The notes under the pieces: model-generated | Database searches by the model: none | The model's input: the letters and a program-made list of their open reading frames with translations, nothing else | What the model was told of the DNA's origin: nothing | Part shown: piece after piece, positions 29,705 to 41,390 of the stretch | Numbering within the stretch: position 1 is the first letter of the stretch | How the letters are laid out: the number at the start of each line of letters is the position of its first letter | Origin: Terriglobia bacterium | GTDB lineage: Bacteria > Acidobacteriota > Terriglobia > 20CM-2-55-15 | DNA: 64,000 bases | Assembly (NCBI GenBank): GCA_963664115.2 | Contig: CAXWPJ010000009.1 | Location: 1,024,001-1,088,000, forward strand | Reading direction: 5' to 3' | Position numbers and translations under genes: made by a program

Positions 29705-32356
29705 ATGGATCAGCCCAGGCCCGAGAATCGATTCAGAGTTTTAGGCGCTGGTTGGATTGATGCTCTGCAGTTCTTGGGAGGCCGGTGTCGCTTGCCCTAC
29801 TTCCTGTTGCTACTCATGTTGGGCGTACCGCCGCAGACCGACGCGGCGTTTCAGGATACCTCTGGATCCGACCGTATTCGTGCGGGCCAGATGTTGCTCG
29901 AGGACGGGGTGGACGGGCTGTCCACTGTTCTTGCAGACGTCACCGCACCACCGCTGACCTTCGATCAGGAAGCGCAGATCCGGCTGCTTCACGAGACCTA
30001 TGACAGGCAACGGGTCGACCTGCTCGAAGACACGGGTGATGGCGACCCGGAAGTCATCGAACGCGCACTCGCCGAGCAATTGCTCCTGGCGGCGGCGAAG
30101 TTCCTCAACCCGGCGCAGCGTTTCGCGCTGGGCGGATTTCTGGAGGCGGAAGTCAACGCAGATCTGCCGGAGGACGAAAGCGAACTGAGGGAATACCTGC
30201 GCGACCTGACCAATGCGGTGTCGGGCCGGGACGGGGATTTCGAAGTCGATGGTTTTTCGGGGCGTCAGGGCCGGATGCCCAACCGGAACGAGATCCTCGA
30301 GATTCGGATCAACGACAATGCGTTCACGACGGAACAGAGCCGCCAGGGGCGGGGCCGGACCCAGATCATCACGCGCGGTGGGACCGGCAGTTTCAACGGA
30401 GATGGCACCTTCCAATTTGCCGACGAATCGCTCGACGCCCGCGATCCGTTTGCCAAGTTTCGTCCCCCGTATCAGACCCGCGACTTTGCAGTCAATCTGA
30501 GCGCGCCGGTCCTACAGAATCGGCTGACGCTGACCGGGAGCCTGCGGAACGAATTTAGCGAGGACGGTGATACGATCCGCGCTTTGACGCCTTCAGGACC
30601 GGTGAATGATGGCATCACGCGTCCCCAGCTCCAAAGGAACTATACGCTGCGGGCAACGACGCAGATCAACGACAACCACGCCCTGACTTTCAGCTTCACC
30701 TATGGCAGCGGGTACGATAATAATCGGGGTGTTGGCGGCTTTGGCCTGCCCGAGCAGGGTTCCGACAGGGAGGAGACCGACTACAATTTCCAAGTCCAGG
30801 AAACCGCCGTGTTGTCGCCGACGCTGAACAACGAGCTGCGATTTCGCTGGAATCGGGAGAAAGAAACAGCGGTCCCGTTTCAGAACGCGCCGCGTATCGT
30901 TGTCCGGGATGCTTTCAGTACCGGTGGATCGACGGACCGGGGGACGGAATCGGACGACTCGTTCGAATTCGGCCAGCTTCTGATGTACACGGGCCAGAAC
31001 CTGTCGATCAAGACCGGCTTTGACGGTCAGTACAGCCGCGAGCGCTCCGAATCGTTCGACAACTTCAACGGGACGTTCACGTTTTCAGATTTGGAATCCT
31101 TTGTAGCGGGAGAGCCGATCACCTACAGCGTCAATCAAGGCGACCCGTTGCTGGAAGTCAATCAGTTCGAGGCCGCCGGGTTCATCCAGGGCGATTTTCG
31201 CGTCACGCCGCGCTTGACAGTCGGTATGGGCCTTCGATATGAAGCGCAGTCCAATCTCGATGACTCGAACAACCTGGATCCGCGGGTCGGATTCGCCTAC
31301 CACCTGGGAGGTACAACCGTCCTGCGGGGTGGATCCGGCACCTTCCACGAACGTCTTCCGACCTATATTCTGGGGAACTTTCTCCGCTTCGACGGCGAGC
31401 GGCAGCGCACGCTGATTGTCCGGAATCCGTCCTACCCCGATCCGTTCCAGCAAGGCGATACGAGGGTGAGGGTTCCTTCTTCCATCCGAGTCCGGTCGTC
31501 GGATATCGCGGCGCCCTACAACTGGCATTCCGAAATAAGTGTGGAGACGACCCTGCCGTCCGGACTCCGGTTGACGGGAGCGTACCGCTTCGTCCGTGGT
31601 ATCCACCAGTTCCGTACTCGCAACCTGAATGCTCCTATGGATATCACCTCTCCGACACCCCGCTCCTGCACAGCGGAACAGGACGCGACCACCTGCGTGC
31701 GCCCCCTGCCCGGCAGTGGGGATATCGTCCAGCTCGAATCGACCGGCAAGGCTAGCGATCATCAATTTCGTCTTGCCTTCCAGCAACGGCTGAGCTTCCT
31801 CAACATTCGCGGCAACTACACGGCGCGGTCGTCCTACAGCGACACGAGCGGGCCGTTCGGGGAGCCCGCCGACAACTACGATTTTAGCCTGGAGTGGGGA
31901 CCGGAAGACGAGGCCCATAGCATAGACACGAGCGTCAACCTGCGGCTGCCGTGGAACATCGACGCCAATACGCAGTTCAACTGGTCGAGCGGAGAGCCTT
32001 ACAGCCACGAAACCGGCGAGGACGACAACCAGGATTCGAACGCCAATGATCGGCCTCTGGGCGTATCGCGAAACAGTTTGATCGGGCCGTCATTCTTCGA
32101 AATGGGCCTGGAACTGTCAAAGTCCATCATCCTCATACCCGAGGCCGAGAGTCGTGTGTTGGATCCCGCAGCCGGTGGCGGATATTTCGGCCGACGCTCG
32201 GGTGTCCGGATGACAATCGTGGCCCAAGCCGAGAATGTCCTGAACCGCTTCAATGCCAGCCGCATCAGCGGCGTGGAATCCTCCCCGTTTTTCGGCCTGC
32301 CGACCCGGGCCCGCGACGGCCGCAAGGTTTCTATGTCGGTGCGCTTCGACTTTTAA
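29705..32356 (+). CDS. TonB-receptor-like outer-membrane barrel with an atypical helical N-terminal domain
   Basis: GGAGG before ATG 29705 (ORF open from 29615). LDARDPF, GLRYEAQ, PRVGFAY, C-terminal VRFDF. Lacks the carboxypeptidase-like domain. Confidence 0.8.
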   Translation: MDQPRPENRFRVLGAGWIDALQFLGGRCRLPYFLLLLMLGVPPQTDAAFQDTSGSDRIRAGQMLLEDGVDGLSTVLADVTAPPLTFDQEAQIRLLHETYDRQRVDLLEDTGDGDPEVIERALAEQLLLAAAKFLNPAQRFALGGFLEAEVNADLPEDESELREYLRDLTNAVSGRDGDFEVDGFSGRQGRMPNRNEILEIRINDNAFTTEQSRQGRGRTQIITRGGTGSFNGDGTFQFADESLDARDPFAKFRPPYQTRDFAVNLSAPVLQNRLTLTGSLRNEFSEDGDTIRALTPSGPVNDGITRPQLQRNYTLRATTQINDNHALTFSFTYGSGYDNNRGVGGFGLPEQGSDREETDYNFQVQETAVLSPTLNNELRFRWNREKETAVPFQNAPRIVVRDAFSTGGSTDRGTESDDSFEFGQLLMYTGQNLSIKTGFDGQYSRERSESFDNFNGTFTFSDLESFVAGEPITYSVNQGDPLLEVNQFEAAGFIQGDFRVTPRLTVGMGLRYEAQSNLDDSNNLDPRVGFAYHLGGTTVLRGGSGTFHERLPTYILGNFLRFDGERQRTLIVRNPSYPDPFQQGDTRVRVPSSIRVRSSDIAAPYNWHSEISVETTLPSGLRLTGAYRFVRGIHQFRTRNLNAPMDITSPTPRSCTAEQDATTCVRPLPGSGDIVQLESTGKASDHQFRLAFQQRLSFLNIRGNYTARSSYSDTSGPFGEPADNYDFSLEWGPEDEAHSIDTSVNLRLPWNIDANTQFNWSSGEPYSHETGEDDNQDSNANDRPLGVSRNSLIGPSFFEMGLELSKSIILIPEAESRVLDPAAGGGYFGRRSGVRMTIVAQAENVLNRFNASRISGVESSPFFGLPTRARDGRKVSMSVRFDF

Positions 32357-32707
32357 CCCGCACGACCGCGTCCGCATTCCTGGGGTTTGAACCCTCGAGA
32401 ATTAACCATGACGTTCAGGTCTGAAGGAATGGACGACGGAAGTGGGTCCCAACAGAGCGGCTATATGATTTTCGGTTGAACACGCTTGCGGGTGGACAAG
32501 CGATGGGCCTTCACCGAGAAAGAGTCATCGCCTGGAAGTTGGGTTAATGCCTCTGGGTTGATGACGCCGTTCTCACTATTTCCTTCCGATTTACCACAAA
32601 TCTCACAATCAGACGACCATGGAAACTGTTTGACCAACTTATTTGCGTGATAATATCTTACGCCATACAGGCACTGGTGACTCGACATTGAAAGGGAGAA
32701 TAGAATC

Positions 32708-34783
32708 ATGTTGAAAAACTCGTTCCGTTTCTTGGTCCCTGGCGCTTTTGGGACTTTGGCGGCACTCCTTCTGCTGACCGGTACACAAGTCGGCATGATC
32801 CTGGGAGAAGCCTCCCCCCCCCAACAGGGTGGGCTATCCCCAGAGACGAGGACTACGATCGAGTTGGAGCGCGCGCCTACACGGGAAATCAAAGATCCTT
32901 ATCCTGGGTTCAGCGCGGTGGCAGTGGATGTGGCCAATGATGAAATCATTCTCCACGACGAAAACAATGCCCAGATCATGGTGTATAGCCGGCTGGACGA
33001 TACACCGGACCGGGCGACCCTGACCGAGCCTAAGCGGATCATCGGAGGGCCGGCGACGAATATCCAGATGAACTGTGGCATTTATGTGGACCCGTTTTCA
33101 GGGGACATCTATTCAGTGAACGGCGACACCGCGGATTGGATGGGCGTGTGGACTCGTGAGCAAAGGGGAAACGTCGCTCCCACCCGGGAGTTGGAGGCTC
33201 CGCATCGCGCTTTCGGCGTCGTGGTGGATGAAGAAGCCCAGGAGCTTTTCATGACCATCCAGCATCCGCCCGCAGTAGTGGTCTGGCCCAAGCTGGCCAA
33301 GGATCAGGATGCCCCCCTCCGCATTCTGGAAGGGGACAAGACCCAATTGGCCTCGGCACAGGGAATTACCATAGACACTGAAAATCAGTGGCTATATGTG
33401 AGCAATGTGGGCGCCACGAGCCGCAACAGCTTCAATCAGGGATGGTCCCGTGCCCTGATTCCCGGCTCTGCGACCTGGGAAATTCCGAACAGAATCTTGG
33501 ACTATATTCCCGGCTCCGGTGAATTCCGCCCCCCTTCGATCACGGTGCATGACCTGAAGGCAAACGGTGACACCGCACCTTTACGCGTGATCCAGGGGCC
33601 GTTGACCCAACTCAACTGGCCGGCACACATCTCGGTGGATGTAGAGAGCGACGAGCTTTTTGTGACCAACCCGGTCACGCATGAAATTCTCGTCTTCCGC
33701 GCCAGCGCCAGCGGCAACGTGGCTCCTATTCGCGTTCTGGGGGGGCCCCGGACGGGACTCAGTCATCCGCACGGCGTGTTTGTGGACCCGAATAACGACG
33801 AGCTCGTTGTGGCTAACTTCGGGAACCATTCGTCTACCGTTTACGCGCAGAACGCATCGGGCGACACCCCACCGCTCCGAACGATCCGGGCGGCTCCTGC
33901 CGACGCACCCGCCCCTATGTTTGGCAACATCGGGTCGGCGACCTACGACAGCATTCGGGATGAGCTTCTGGTGCCCAACTGAGTGGCCTTCCCGTCTATA
34001 GCGGCGTTCGCCAGGTTGGCGGACGGTAGTGTGGAAGCGACTCGAAGGATTGCAGGACAGGCATCGAAGGTTAGTCGTGCGGCGCACGACATTACTTTCG
34101 ATCCGGTCAATGATGAAATTATTGTGGCCAATCCCAGTGCCCAGGCCATCACAACGTTTAGGGGAGGGGCCGATGGAGACGAGGCGCCCCTACGGATCAT
34201 TCAGGGTCCGAACACGAACATCCAGTCACCGGGCTACGGTGTGACCGTAGATCCGGTCAACGACGAACTGTACGTGGTTGAAGGGAGATCGAGAAATACC
34301 TTCGGTGAAAGGCGTGAGGAGTACATTCTCGTGTTCCCCCGGGAAACCAATGGCGACGCTTCACCGATTCGTGTCATCCGGGGCCCGGACACTATGCTGG
34401 AGAACACACAGGCCATAGCGGTCGACCCGGTGCGTAACCTAATCGTCGTGAGCAGCAACAATGGGGCCCTGATCTTCAACCGGACCGACAACGGAAACGT
34501 GAAGCCCCGGGCAATCATCAGGAATCTGGATGGGGGGCGCACGATCAGCTCAAACTTCCGTCTGGTTCCCGAGACAGGCTACATCGTGTCGACAAGCCGC
34601 CGAGGCGGCATCGAGGTGTGGCACATTACTGATAACGGCGACGTCCCTCCGGCATATATCCTGAACAATCCCGACGGTGACATCGGGGGGGGGCGTGTCG
34701 CGCTGAACCCGAATGCGAAAGAGGTCATCGTTGCAGGACGGACAGCCGTGTCTGTCTATTCGTTCCCGGAAATTTTCGAGTAG
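32708..34783 (+). CDS. Secreted NHL-like multi-bladed beta-propeller protein, putative selenoprotein (UGA at 33980-33982, residue 425 of 691)
   Basis: ORFs 32708-33982 and 33983-34783 abut in one frame across TGA (ELLVPN*VAFPSIAAFARLA). The blade repeat G(N/D)xxPxRxIxGxxT continues across the junction. Confidence 0.85.
34005..34025 (+). promoter_or_regulatory. Candidate SECIS hairpin, propeller copy 1
   Basis: CGTTCGCCA-GGT-TGGCGGACG, a 9-bp stem whose loop starts after a 31-nt spacer from the UGA. Confidence 0.75.
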
Positions 34784-34794
34784 GCTGTGCAGGT

Positions 34795-34823
34795 TCGGAG
34801 GCATTCCGACGGAATGCCTCCGA
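34795..34823. terminator. Perfect 13-bp hairpin between convergent genes
   Basis: TCGGAGGCATTCC-GAC-GGAATGCCTCCGA. Confidence 0.6.
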
Positions 34824-34977
34824 CGGCAAACGGAGGCAAGGCCAAAGCGTGATGTGAAGCCGCCGCCGAACTCGATAAAGATTCGCAAGACAAGAAGGTC
34901 GTAGCCTGCGCGACTTGACTCATCAAAGAAGTTCGAAACCCCGGTACCGAGCACTCGAACCCTAAAACCGAGCATTC

Positions 34978-37209
34978 CTAGAAGCTGAAAAGATTCGTCA
35001 GCTTGACGGTAAACGTGCGCTCGACGAGCTGACCGTTTCGCGTGTCCCGGAGGTCGTTATAAACAAGGTAAAGATCGCTCCGGGGATGGTGAATGAAGTT
35101 GAAGCGAATGTTGGAACTCACCTGGTGCGTGTCGGCGTTGTATTGAACGAAGCTATTGAGAAAGACCCGCGGTGAAAATCCGTAAAGCAGGCGCGCGCCG
35201 ACGAGAGTGGTCTGGAACGAGCCGTTCGGCAAACTCACCCGGTTGTGGCTGTAATTCACATTGATGTTCATATGGTAATTTGGCCTGAAACCCACAGCGC
35301 CACCGACGGACTTGCGATGGCCATGCCAGAACTCACCCAAATTGATGTTGACGTTTCCGGTAATCTTCCCTGTCTGGCTGCTGTTGAATCTCAATGAATA
35401 TTGGCGGTATCTGTAATCGCCCGCGTCGATCGCGAGATCCGATGCGTGTCCCCGTCTCAGGGATCGGATCAGAAAAGGGTTCACGAGCCGGTCGAAGGTT
35501 TCGGCGACAGTGAGATTGGCGCTTGCGCCGCTCTGCAACTCGATGCCAACGTTGACCTCCTGGTTACGAGTTGCCACTTTTCCGTTTCCACCTCCGTAGT
35601 AGTCCAGATAGGTCGAAAAGATCAGGTTTCGAACTATCCTGCTTTCTCTCAGGAGAGGCCGCCAGGCAAAATTTCCCGAGTACTGCGTCATGTCTCTGCG
35701 ACGGATGAAGCCCATCTCTGGATTGAAATTAGTTTGGACGGCGTGGTATTCCGCCCCAACGACCCATTCATCGTCGCGCCAGGCGGTCGCAAACTTCCTC
35801 GCCTGATCCTTGCCGGATTTGCCCGGCGTGTCGCTGCGGAGGAGGTAGGAGTCGAACTCCAGCCTTTCATAGAATTGGAAGTGCGCATCGGCGCCGTACA
35901 CGCGGTTGTAGTCGCCGGCTTCGGTGGATTGACGATTGGTGATCAACGAACCGATCCAGGAACTCGTGGAAAAATTCCGTTTGATGCGGCCAACGAGATA
36001 GTTGTTGGATGGTATCCGGAGGTCGTCATCTTTATTAAAGCTTTCGGTTTTCATGGTCAGAAAACCAAGGTCGTATCGTCCGACTTGTCCTGTAACGCGC
36101 GCGCCTCCAACAATGGGGACCGGCGTCCCACCGCTGAGACCGATGGATCGGCTGAAGAACGGAACCAGATTTACCCCACGTCCACTACCACCAAAATTAA
36201 AGGTGCCGGCGTTTTCGAGAAAGAAGTCGCGTTTTTCAGGGAAGAAAAGATTGAAGCGCGTGAGGTTTACCTGCTGCTGATCGACTTCGACCTGCGCGAA
36301 GTCGGTACGGTAGGTGGCGTCGAGAGTCAGCGAAGGTGTGAGGCTGTACTTTAGATCGACGCCGCCATCGTAGTCTGTCGTTGTCTGGATCGGGCCGTCT
36401 GTTTCACGAATCTGCGTGACCCCGGTTATCCCGAACGGCTTCACTTTCAAGTTACGGCCCTGGCGTATCCCTTCCAGGCCCTTGAGTGTGCCGGCCTGGG
36501 AGATTCGGCTCATGCCGTATCGGACGGGGATCGGCGACCAGAAGCTCTGTTCGTTTGTGCGGACAACGAAACGGTTCAGGTTGATGCCCCACTCCTGAGT
36601 GGGGGATTGTGAGAAACGGAGAGTTTTAAAGGGGATTGCGAATTCTGCAATCCAACTTTCGTCGTTCGTGCTGACCTTGACGTCCCACACGCTGTCCCAA
36701 TCATTATTGTATTGACCGTTGTTGGTGATGTGCGATTCGCGCTTCGCGCCCGCGGGATTCGTGCCGAACTGGTACGCGGACCGCCGGTCATGAAGGCTGT
36801 CGATAACCATAGAGACGCCGTCGGATTCCCGGGAAGTGAAGTCTTCTCTGAGAACAACGACATTGTCGGAGGGATCGGAATCGAAGCTGATGAAGCCGAC
36901 GTAGAGATTTTCGTCGTCATAAACGATGCGAACTTCGGTCCGTGCCTCCGACAGCTCTCCGGGCCGCGGGCGTAAGGTGAAGAATTCCGTTACGGGGCTG
37001 GCGAGATCCCATGCCGGCTCGTCCAGACGTCCATCAAGAACGATCTCGTCCGTGGCTCGAACCGCCGTCATGACCTTTTCCAGAGGGATGGTCTCGTAAT
37101 CAATCGCTGTTAGGGGCGAGCCGCTGCCACTTCCGTTTGCCTGCGCCCCGCCATAAGCTGCGACGGCGGACAGGAGGCAGAGTGCCAGTATCCGAGCCGA
37201 TGCATTCAT
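34978..37209 (-). CDS. CBM9-like/DUF5916 domain protein
   Basis: LDGRLDEPAW, YDDENLYV, WIAEFAIPFKTLRF, TDFAQVEVD, NLTRFNLFFPEKRDFFLEN, C-terminal Phe. Confidence 0.88.
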   Translation of the reverse strand: MNASARILALCLLSAVAAYGGAQANGSGSGSPLTAIDYETIPLEKVMTAVRATDEIVLDGRLDEPAWDLASPVTEFFTLRPRPGELSEARTEVRIVYDDENLYVGFISFDSDPSDNVVVLREDFTSRESDGVSMVIDSLHDRRSAYQFGTNPAGAKRESHITNNGQYNNDWDSVWDVKVSTNDESWIAEFAIPFKTLRFSQSPTQEWGINLNRFVVRTNEQSFWSPIPVRYGMSRISQAGTLKGLEGIRQGRNLKVKPFGITGVTQIRETDGPIQTTTDYDGGVDLKYSLTPSLTLDATYRTDFAQVEVDQQQVNLTRFNLFFPEKRDFFLENAGTFNFGGSGRGVNLVPFFSRSIGLSGGTPVPIVGGARVTGQVGRYDLGFLTMKTESFNKDDDLRIPSNNYLVGRIKRNFSTSSWIGSLITNRQSTEAGDYNRVYGADAHFQFYERLEFDSYLLRSDTPGKSGKDQARKFATAWRDDEWVVGAEYHAVQTNFNPEMGFIRRRDMTQYSGNFAWRPLLRESRIVRNLIFSTYLDYYGGGNGKVATRNQEVNVGIELQSGASANLTVAETFDRLVNPFLIRSLRRGHASDLAIDAGDYRYRQYSLRFNSSQTGKITGNVNINLGEFWHGHRKSVGGAVGFRPNYHMNINVNYSHNRVSLPNGSFQTTLVGARLLYGFSPRVFLNSFVQYNADTHQVSSNIRFNFIHHPRSDLYLVYNDLRDTRNGQLVERTFTVKLTNLFSF

Positions 37210-37550
37210 AGACCGCGCATTTTATCAGAGTGGGTGGGTGGAGACGTACTTGTGTCTGAGTTCCTGGTTTGTTTATCGATGAGCCCTCTGCAGGCGGGAG
37301 TTTTTCAAGGATTCGCCCGAGCGGCTTCAGCGATCGTCGAGGGGACACTCCTGATCTTGCGATTGTTAAGTGGAAGCAGTCACAACTACGGCTTTGAGTG
37401 GGTCCTGTTCGCTCGATTGGCAGCGTCCTTGGCTTGGCATCGCTCTACTGGGTCGTTTCAATTTGACTGATCCGTTTCCACGATCTCCTGCCTCCTATAT
37501 TTGAAACACATCAGCAGGAATTTGCCAATCTGACGAACTTGGAAATAAGT

Positions 37551-37645
37551 TTGACCGGGCTAATATGAATGAGATATGGTACGCGCATTATGAATGAGAT
37601 TATGAATGAGATATAGTACGCATTATGAATGAGATATAGTACGCG
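37551..37645 (+). repeat. Promoter region with four copies of TATGAATGAGAT
   Basis: Copies at 37564, 37589, 37601 and 37624; three continue as AT(G/A)GTACGC. TTGACC at 37551. Confidence 0.85.
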
Positions 37646-37752
37646 TTGTATCTGATTGCAGTAGTGTAAATCGGTTGCTCAATGATTCGTTTTGAGGCTC
37701 TTTTATTGGGTAGATCAAGGCCCCGTTAAGTGGGCCTGTGGAGGAAACGATT

Positions 37753-40700
37753 ATGAAGGTTGCGATGAGTGGAATGAAATGTCTGTTTGGGATAATTCTG
37801 ATCCTGGGGCTTGGCGGCGCTACAGCCTGGGCTCAGACGACCGGAGAGATCAGTGGTACGGTGACGGACACAAGCGGAGCTCTGCTACCGGGTGTCGAGG
37901 TGAGCGTGACCCAAACCGATACGGGTGCTACGCGAAACGCCGTGTCGAACGAGGTCGGAGGGTATGTGTTTACGAACCTGCCGTTGGGCCCGTATGAGCT
38001 GGAAGGGGCCTTGCCTGGATTCCAGACCTATGTGCAGACCGGCATTCTGTTACAGGTTGGCAGCGCGCCACGGATCAATGTCGTAATGGAGGTGGGTCAG
38101 GTCACCCAAACCATAGAGGTCCAGGCCAATAGGGTGATGGTAGAAACCCGGACATTGGGTGTGGCTTCCATCATGGAAAATGAACGCATTCTGGAACTGC
38201 CGCTGAACGGACGCCAGGTCGAGTCCCTGATCACGCTGGCCGGCGGCGCGGTTTCCGACGGCGGCCGCAGCAACCGGGCCCTGGGCGGAGAAGAGATTTC
38301 CGTGGCCGGCAGCTCGGTATACGCGGTGGACTATACCCTCGACGGCGCGAATCACATGAACTACACCAGTTCGGCGGGTCATGCCATGCCGTTTCCCGAC
38401 GCGCTGGAAGAGTTCAATGTGAGGACAAGCGGCCTGAGTGCTGAGAACGCACGGGCAGTCACGGTCGGAGCGGTGACCAAATCGGGTACCAACCAGTTCC
38501 ATGGCAGCGCGTTCGAATTCGTGCGCAACGACGCATTGAACGCGAGGGAATATTTCTCGCCGACGAACAGTACGCTCAAGCGCAACCAGTTCGGCGGCAC
38601 GTTCGGCGGGCCGATCATAGGGGACAAGCTGTTCTTCTTTGCCGCCGTCCAGTTCACCACCCTGCGTTCGGACCCGGCAAACGAGGTGGACATTCTGCCC
38701 ACTGAGGAAATGAAGCTGGGCGACTTCAGGAACTTCGGTTCAGAAGACTGCGAGGATCGAAATCTGAGAGACATAACGAATTGGGGCGGGCCGGACATAG
38801 ATTTCGACTTCAATGGCAACAACACGGTGGACCCGGCTCTGTTCAGCCCGGCTGCGATGAGTATCATCAACACGCTGCCCAGGCCGCAAGATCAGAAATG
38901 CGGCGAGTTCACCTACGGCATTTTGGAAGTCGATAACGCCTCCCAGTACGTGGGCCGGGTCGACTATACGGTCAGCGACCGTCACTCGGTGTTCGGACGC
39001 TACAACACATTCGGCAACCGCGCGCCGAGCCCGTTTTTAGCGGACCAGTCAAACATCCTGCTCGCGGACGTCCGCACGCTCGACAATCTGGGCCAGTACC
39101 TGGCGTTGGGCGATACCTATCTGTTTGGCGACAGCACGGTCAATTCATTCCGTTTCACCTACAACCGGGTGAAGGTCGGCCGTGACGGCACGACGTTCTA
39201 TTCCCCGTGTGACCATGGCGTCAATATGTACTGCGGGTACGTGCCGAAAACTTCGAACATTTCGGTCCGGGGCGGATTCGAGTTGAGCCAGACGTCGGCG
39301 CCGCTCGATTTTCTGTTCTCGCACGCCTTCGACGTCAACAACGATCTGAGCTTCATCATGGGAGACCACCAGATCACGGTCGGTGGAGGCATTAACCGCA
39401 CCTTACACCAGGCCAAGACCAGTTCGCGAGCCGTCGGCGACTTCGACTTTCGTACCGGAGGTTCCCGCGAAGCCGTGGCCAACTTCATGGTCGGATTCGT
39501 GGACCGGTTTATCCAGGGCGCGTTGAGCACCCACAACCCGATGCGATGGTTCCCCAGGGTGTATGCGACCGACACCTGGAGAGTGACGCCGACGCTCACC
39601 TTGAACTACGGGCTACGGTGGGATCCCCAGATGCCCGAGCACCGGTTGAACGACTCCGGTTTCAGTTGGACTCGGGAGAGATTCGACGCAGGCTTCCAAA
39701 GCAGTGTGTTCAACAACTCCGCTCCGGGTTTCTTCTACTTTGGCGATTCCGGGTTCCCCGACAACTCAGGGGGCATCGAGCCGATATGGAATCAGTTCGC
39801 ACCCCGAATCGGTTTGGCGTGGGATATGTTCGGCGACGGCAGCACTTCGCTTCGGACGTCCTACAGCTACAACTATGAAGTCGTACCCATGGAATGGGCC
39901 AACGAGATGGGCAACGCGCCGCCGTTCGGCAACCGTGTCGAGGTCAACCAGGTGCTTTTCGACGATCCCTGGAGGGGCACCTTCAATCCCCATCCCTTCG
40001 ATCTGGATGCAAACGTACCTTTCGGGAGCGGCGGAAATTACCCCATCCTGCCGACGGACTTTTCCCAACCCGATACCTCGTCGTGGAACCTGAGCATCCA
40101 GCGACAGCTTCCGGGCAACACGCTCGTGTCGGCGACCTATGTGGGTAACATCACAAACCACTTCATGGGCGTGCGGCAGATCAACCCGGCAGTCTTTTTC
40201 CCGGGTGAGACCGATGCGAACGGCAACTGCTCTGCCCAAGGCTTTACGATCAAAGCCGATTCCCGGGGCCGTTCAGGCCGCACCTGCTCGGTGTTCGGGA
40301 ACACGCAACAGCGGCGCGTTTTGAACCTGTTGCGTCCTGGAACCGATACCGGACTCCAGGGTTCCCTGCTGCAACTGGGAGCGATGACGGATCGGAGCCC
40401 GGAGGGCACCCAGCGCTACGCCGGCCTGATCACGAGTGTCCAAACCCGCCCCTCGGAACGTCTCAACTTCAATGCGAACTACACCTGGGGCCACTGCATC
40501 GGCGACTACACGTCGGGCAGTCCGACGGCCGGCCCGAACACAGACCAGACCCAATTGAAACCTCTGGATCGGCGGTTTGATTGGGGCGACTGCAATCTGG
40601 ACCGGCGGCACATATTCAATTTGACATCGGTGTTGGGTACGCCCGATTTCGCGAATAACACGACTCGCATGCTGCTGGGCAACTGGAGGTTAGCAGTCAT

Positions 40701-41151
40701 CTACAGAGCGTCTTCGGGCGAGAAGTCGTCGATCTTTACCTCCGACGACGACCTATCATTGACCGGGACCGCGACAGGCCACCAGCGCGGCAATCAGATA
40801 CTCCCCAGCGTTTATCTGAACAAGAGCGCCGGTCCCAACGAACGGTACCTCGATCCGGACGCTGTCGCGGACCCGGCTGAAGGCGCGTTTGGGAATTTAG
40901 GACGCAACAGCGTGGTGGGGCCCCGGCAATGGGACTTCGATGTCGCCCTGTCGCGAGTCTTCAACGTCGGCGAAACCTCGAGGATTGAGTTTCGAGCCGA
41001 GGCGTATAACCTCACGAACAGCTTCCGGGCGACACCGGGCGACGTAGATTTCTTTACGATCGACGATAGGAACTTCGGCCGATTCAACGCTGCAAACGGG
41101 AGTGCCCGGTCTCCACGAATCCTGCAGGGTGCCTTGAAGTTCGTCTTCTAG
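37753..41151 (+). CDS. Oar-like TonB-dependent receptor
   Basis: Signal peptide, GTVTDTSGALLPGVEV, LPLNGRQ, PFPDALEEF, C-terminal GALKFVF. Confidence 0.92.
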   Translation: MKVAMSGMKCLFGIILILGLGGATAWAQTTGEISGTVTDTSGALLPGVEVSVTQTDTGATRNAVSNEVGGYVFTNLPLGPYELEGALPGFQTYVQTGILLQVGSAPRINVVMEVGQVTQTIEVQANRVMVETRTLGVASIMENERILELPLNGRQVESLITLAGGAVSDGGRSNRALGGEEISVAGSSVYAVDYTLDGANHMNYTSSAGHAMPFPDALEEFNVRTSGLSAENARAVTVGAVTKSGTNQFHGSAFEFVRNDALNAREYFSPTNSTLKRNQFGGTFGGPIIGDKLFFFAAVQFTTLRSDPANEVDILPTEEMKLGDFRNFGSEDCEDRNLRDITNWGGPDIDFDFNGNNTVDPALFSPAAMSIINTLPRPQDQKCGEFTYGILEVDNASQYVGRVDYTVSDRHSVFGRYNTFGNRAPSPFLADQSNILLADVRTLDNLGQYLALGDTYLFGDSTVNSFRFTYNRVKVGRDGTTFYSPCDHGVNMYCGYVPKTSNISVRGGFELSQTSAPLDFLFSHAFDVNNDLSFIMGDHQITVGGGINRTLHQAKTSSRAVGDFDFRTGGSREAVANFMVGFVDRFIQGALSTHNPMRWFPRVYATDTWRVTPTLTLNYGLRWDPQMPEHRLNDSGFSWTRERFDAGFQSSVFNNSAPGFFYFGDSGFPDNSGGIEPIWNQFAPRIGLAWDMFGDGSTSLRTSYSYNYEVVPMEWANEMGNAPPFGNRVEVNQVLFDDPWRGTFNPHPFDLDANVPFGSGGNYPILPTDFSQPDTSSWNLSIQRQLPGNTLVSATYVGNITNHFMGVRQINPAVFFPGETDANGNCSAQGFTIKADSRGRSGRTCSVFGNTQQRRVLNLLRPGTDTGLQGSLLQLGAMTDRSPEGTQRYAGLITSVQTRPSERLNFNANYTWGHCIGDYTSGSPTAGPNTDQTQLKPLDRRFDWGDCNLDRRHIFNLTSVLGTPDFANNTTRMLLGNWRLAVIYRASSGEKSSIFTSDDDLSLTGTATGHQRGNQILPSVYLNKSAGPNERYLDPDAVADPAEGAFGNLGRNSVVGPRQWDFDVALSRVFNVGETSRIEFRAEAYNLTNSFRATPGDVDFFTIDDRNFGRFNAANGSARSPRILQGALKFVF

Positions 41152-41178
41152 TCGGCGGTAGCTGCAATCGATCCCGAT

Positions 41179-41234
41179 AAAGGGACGGATTCCTCTCCTC
41201 ATCGTGCTGTTCGAGGAGGGGGCCGTCCCTTTTT
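41179..41234 (+). terminator. Intrinsic terminator, possibly bidirectional
   Basis: AAAGGGACGGATTCCTCTCCTC...GAGGAGGGGGCCGTCCCTTTTT, a long stem followed by a U-tract. Confidence 0.7.
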
Positions 41235-41390
41235 GTGCCTGTGGGAGGCTGGGTCGCGTACGAGGGGATGGCCTGGGACTGTTCCCGGTGTTTAGAACTG
41301 GGACCGCATCCCGATTTCAAATAGGCAAGAGGCCTGCCCCACGATAACACCGCGCCCACCGGCTATTCCGGGAGCCGGGCGATCAGGTCG

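Noticed and set aside
37564-37645. Repeat arrays here and at 17759-17815 as CRISPR arrays
   Set aside because: The units are only 9-12 bp, there are no unique spacers of about 30 bp, and no cas genes are present.
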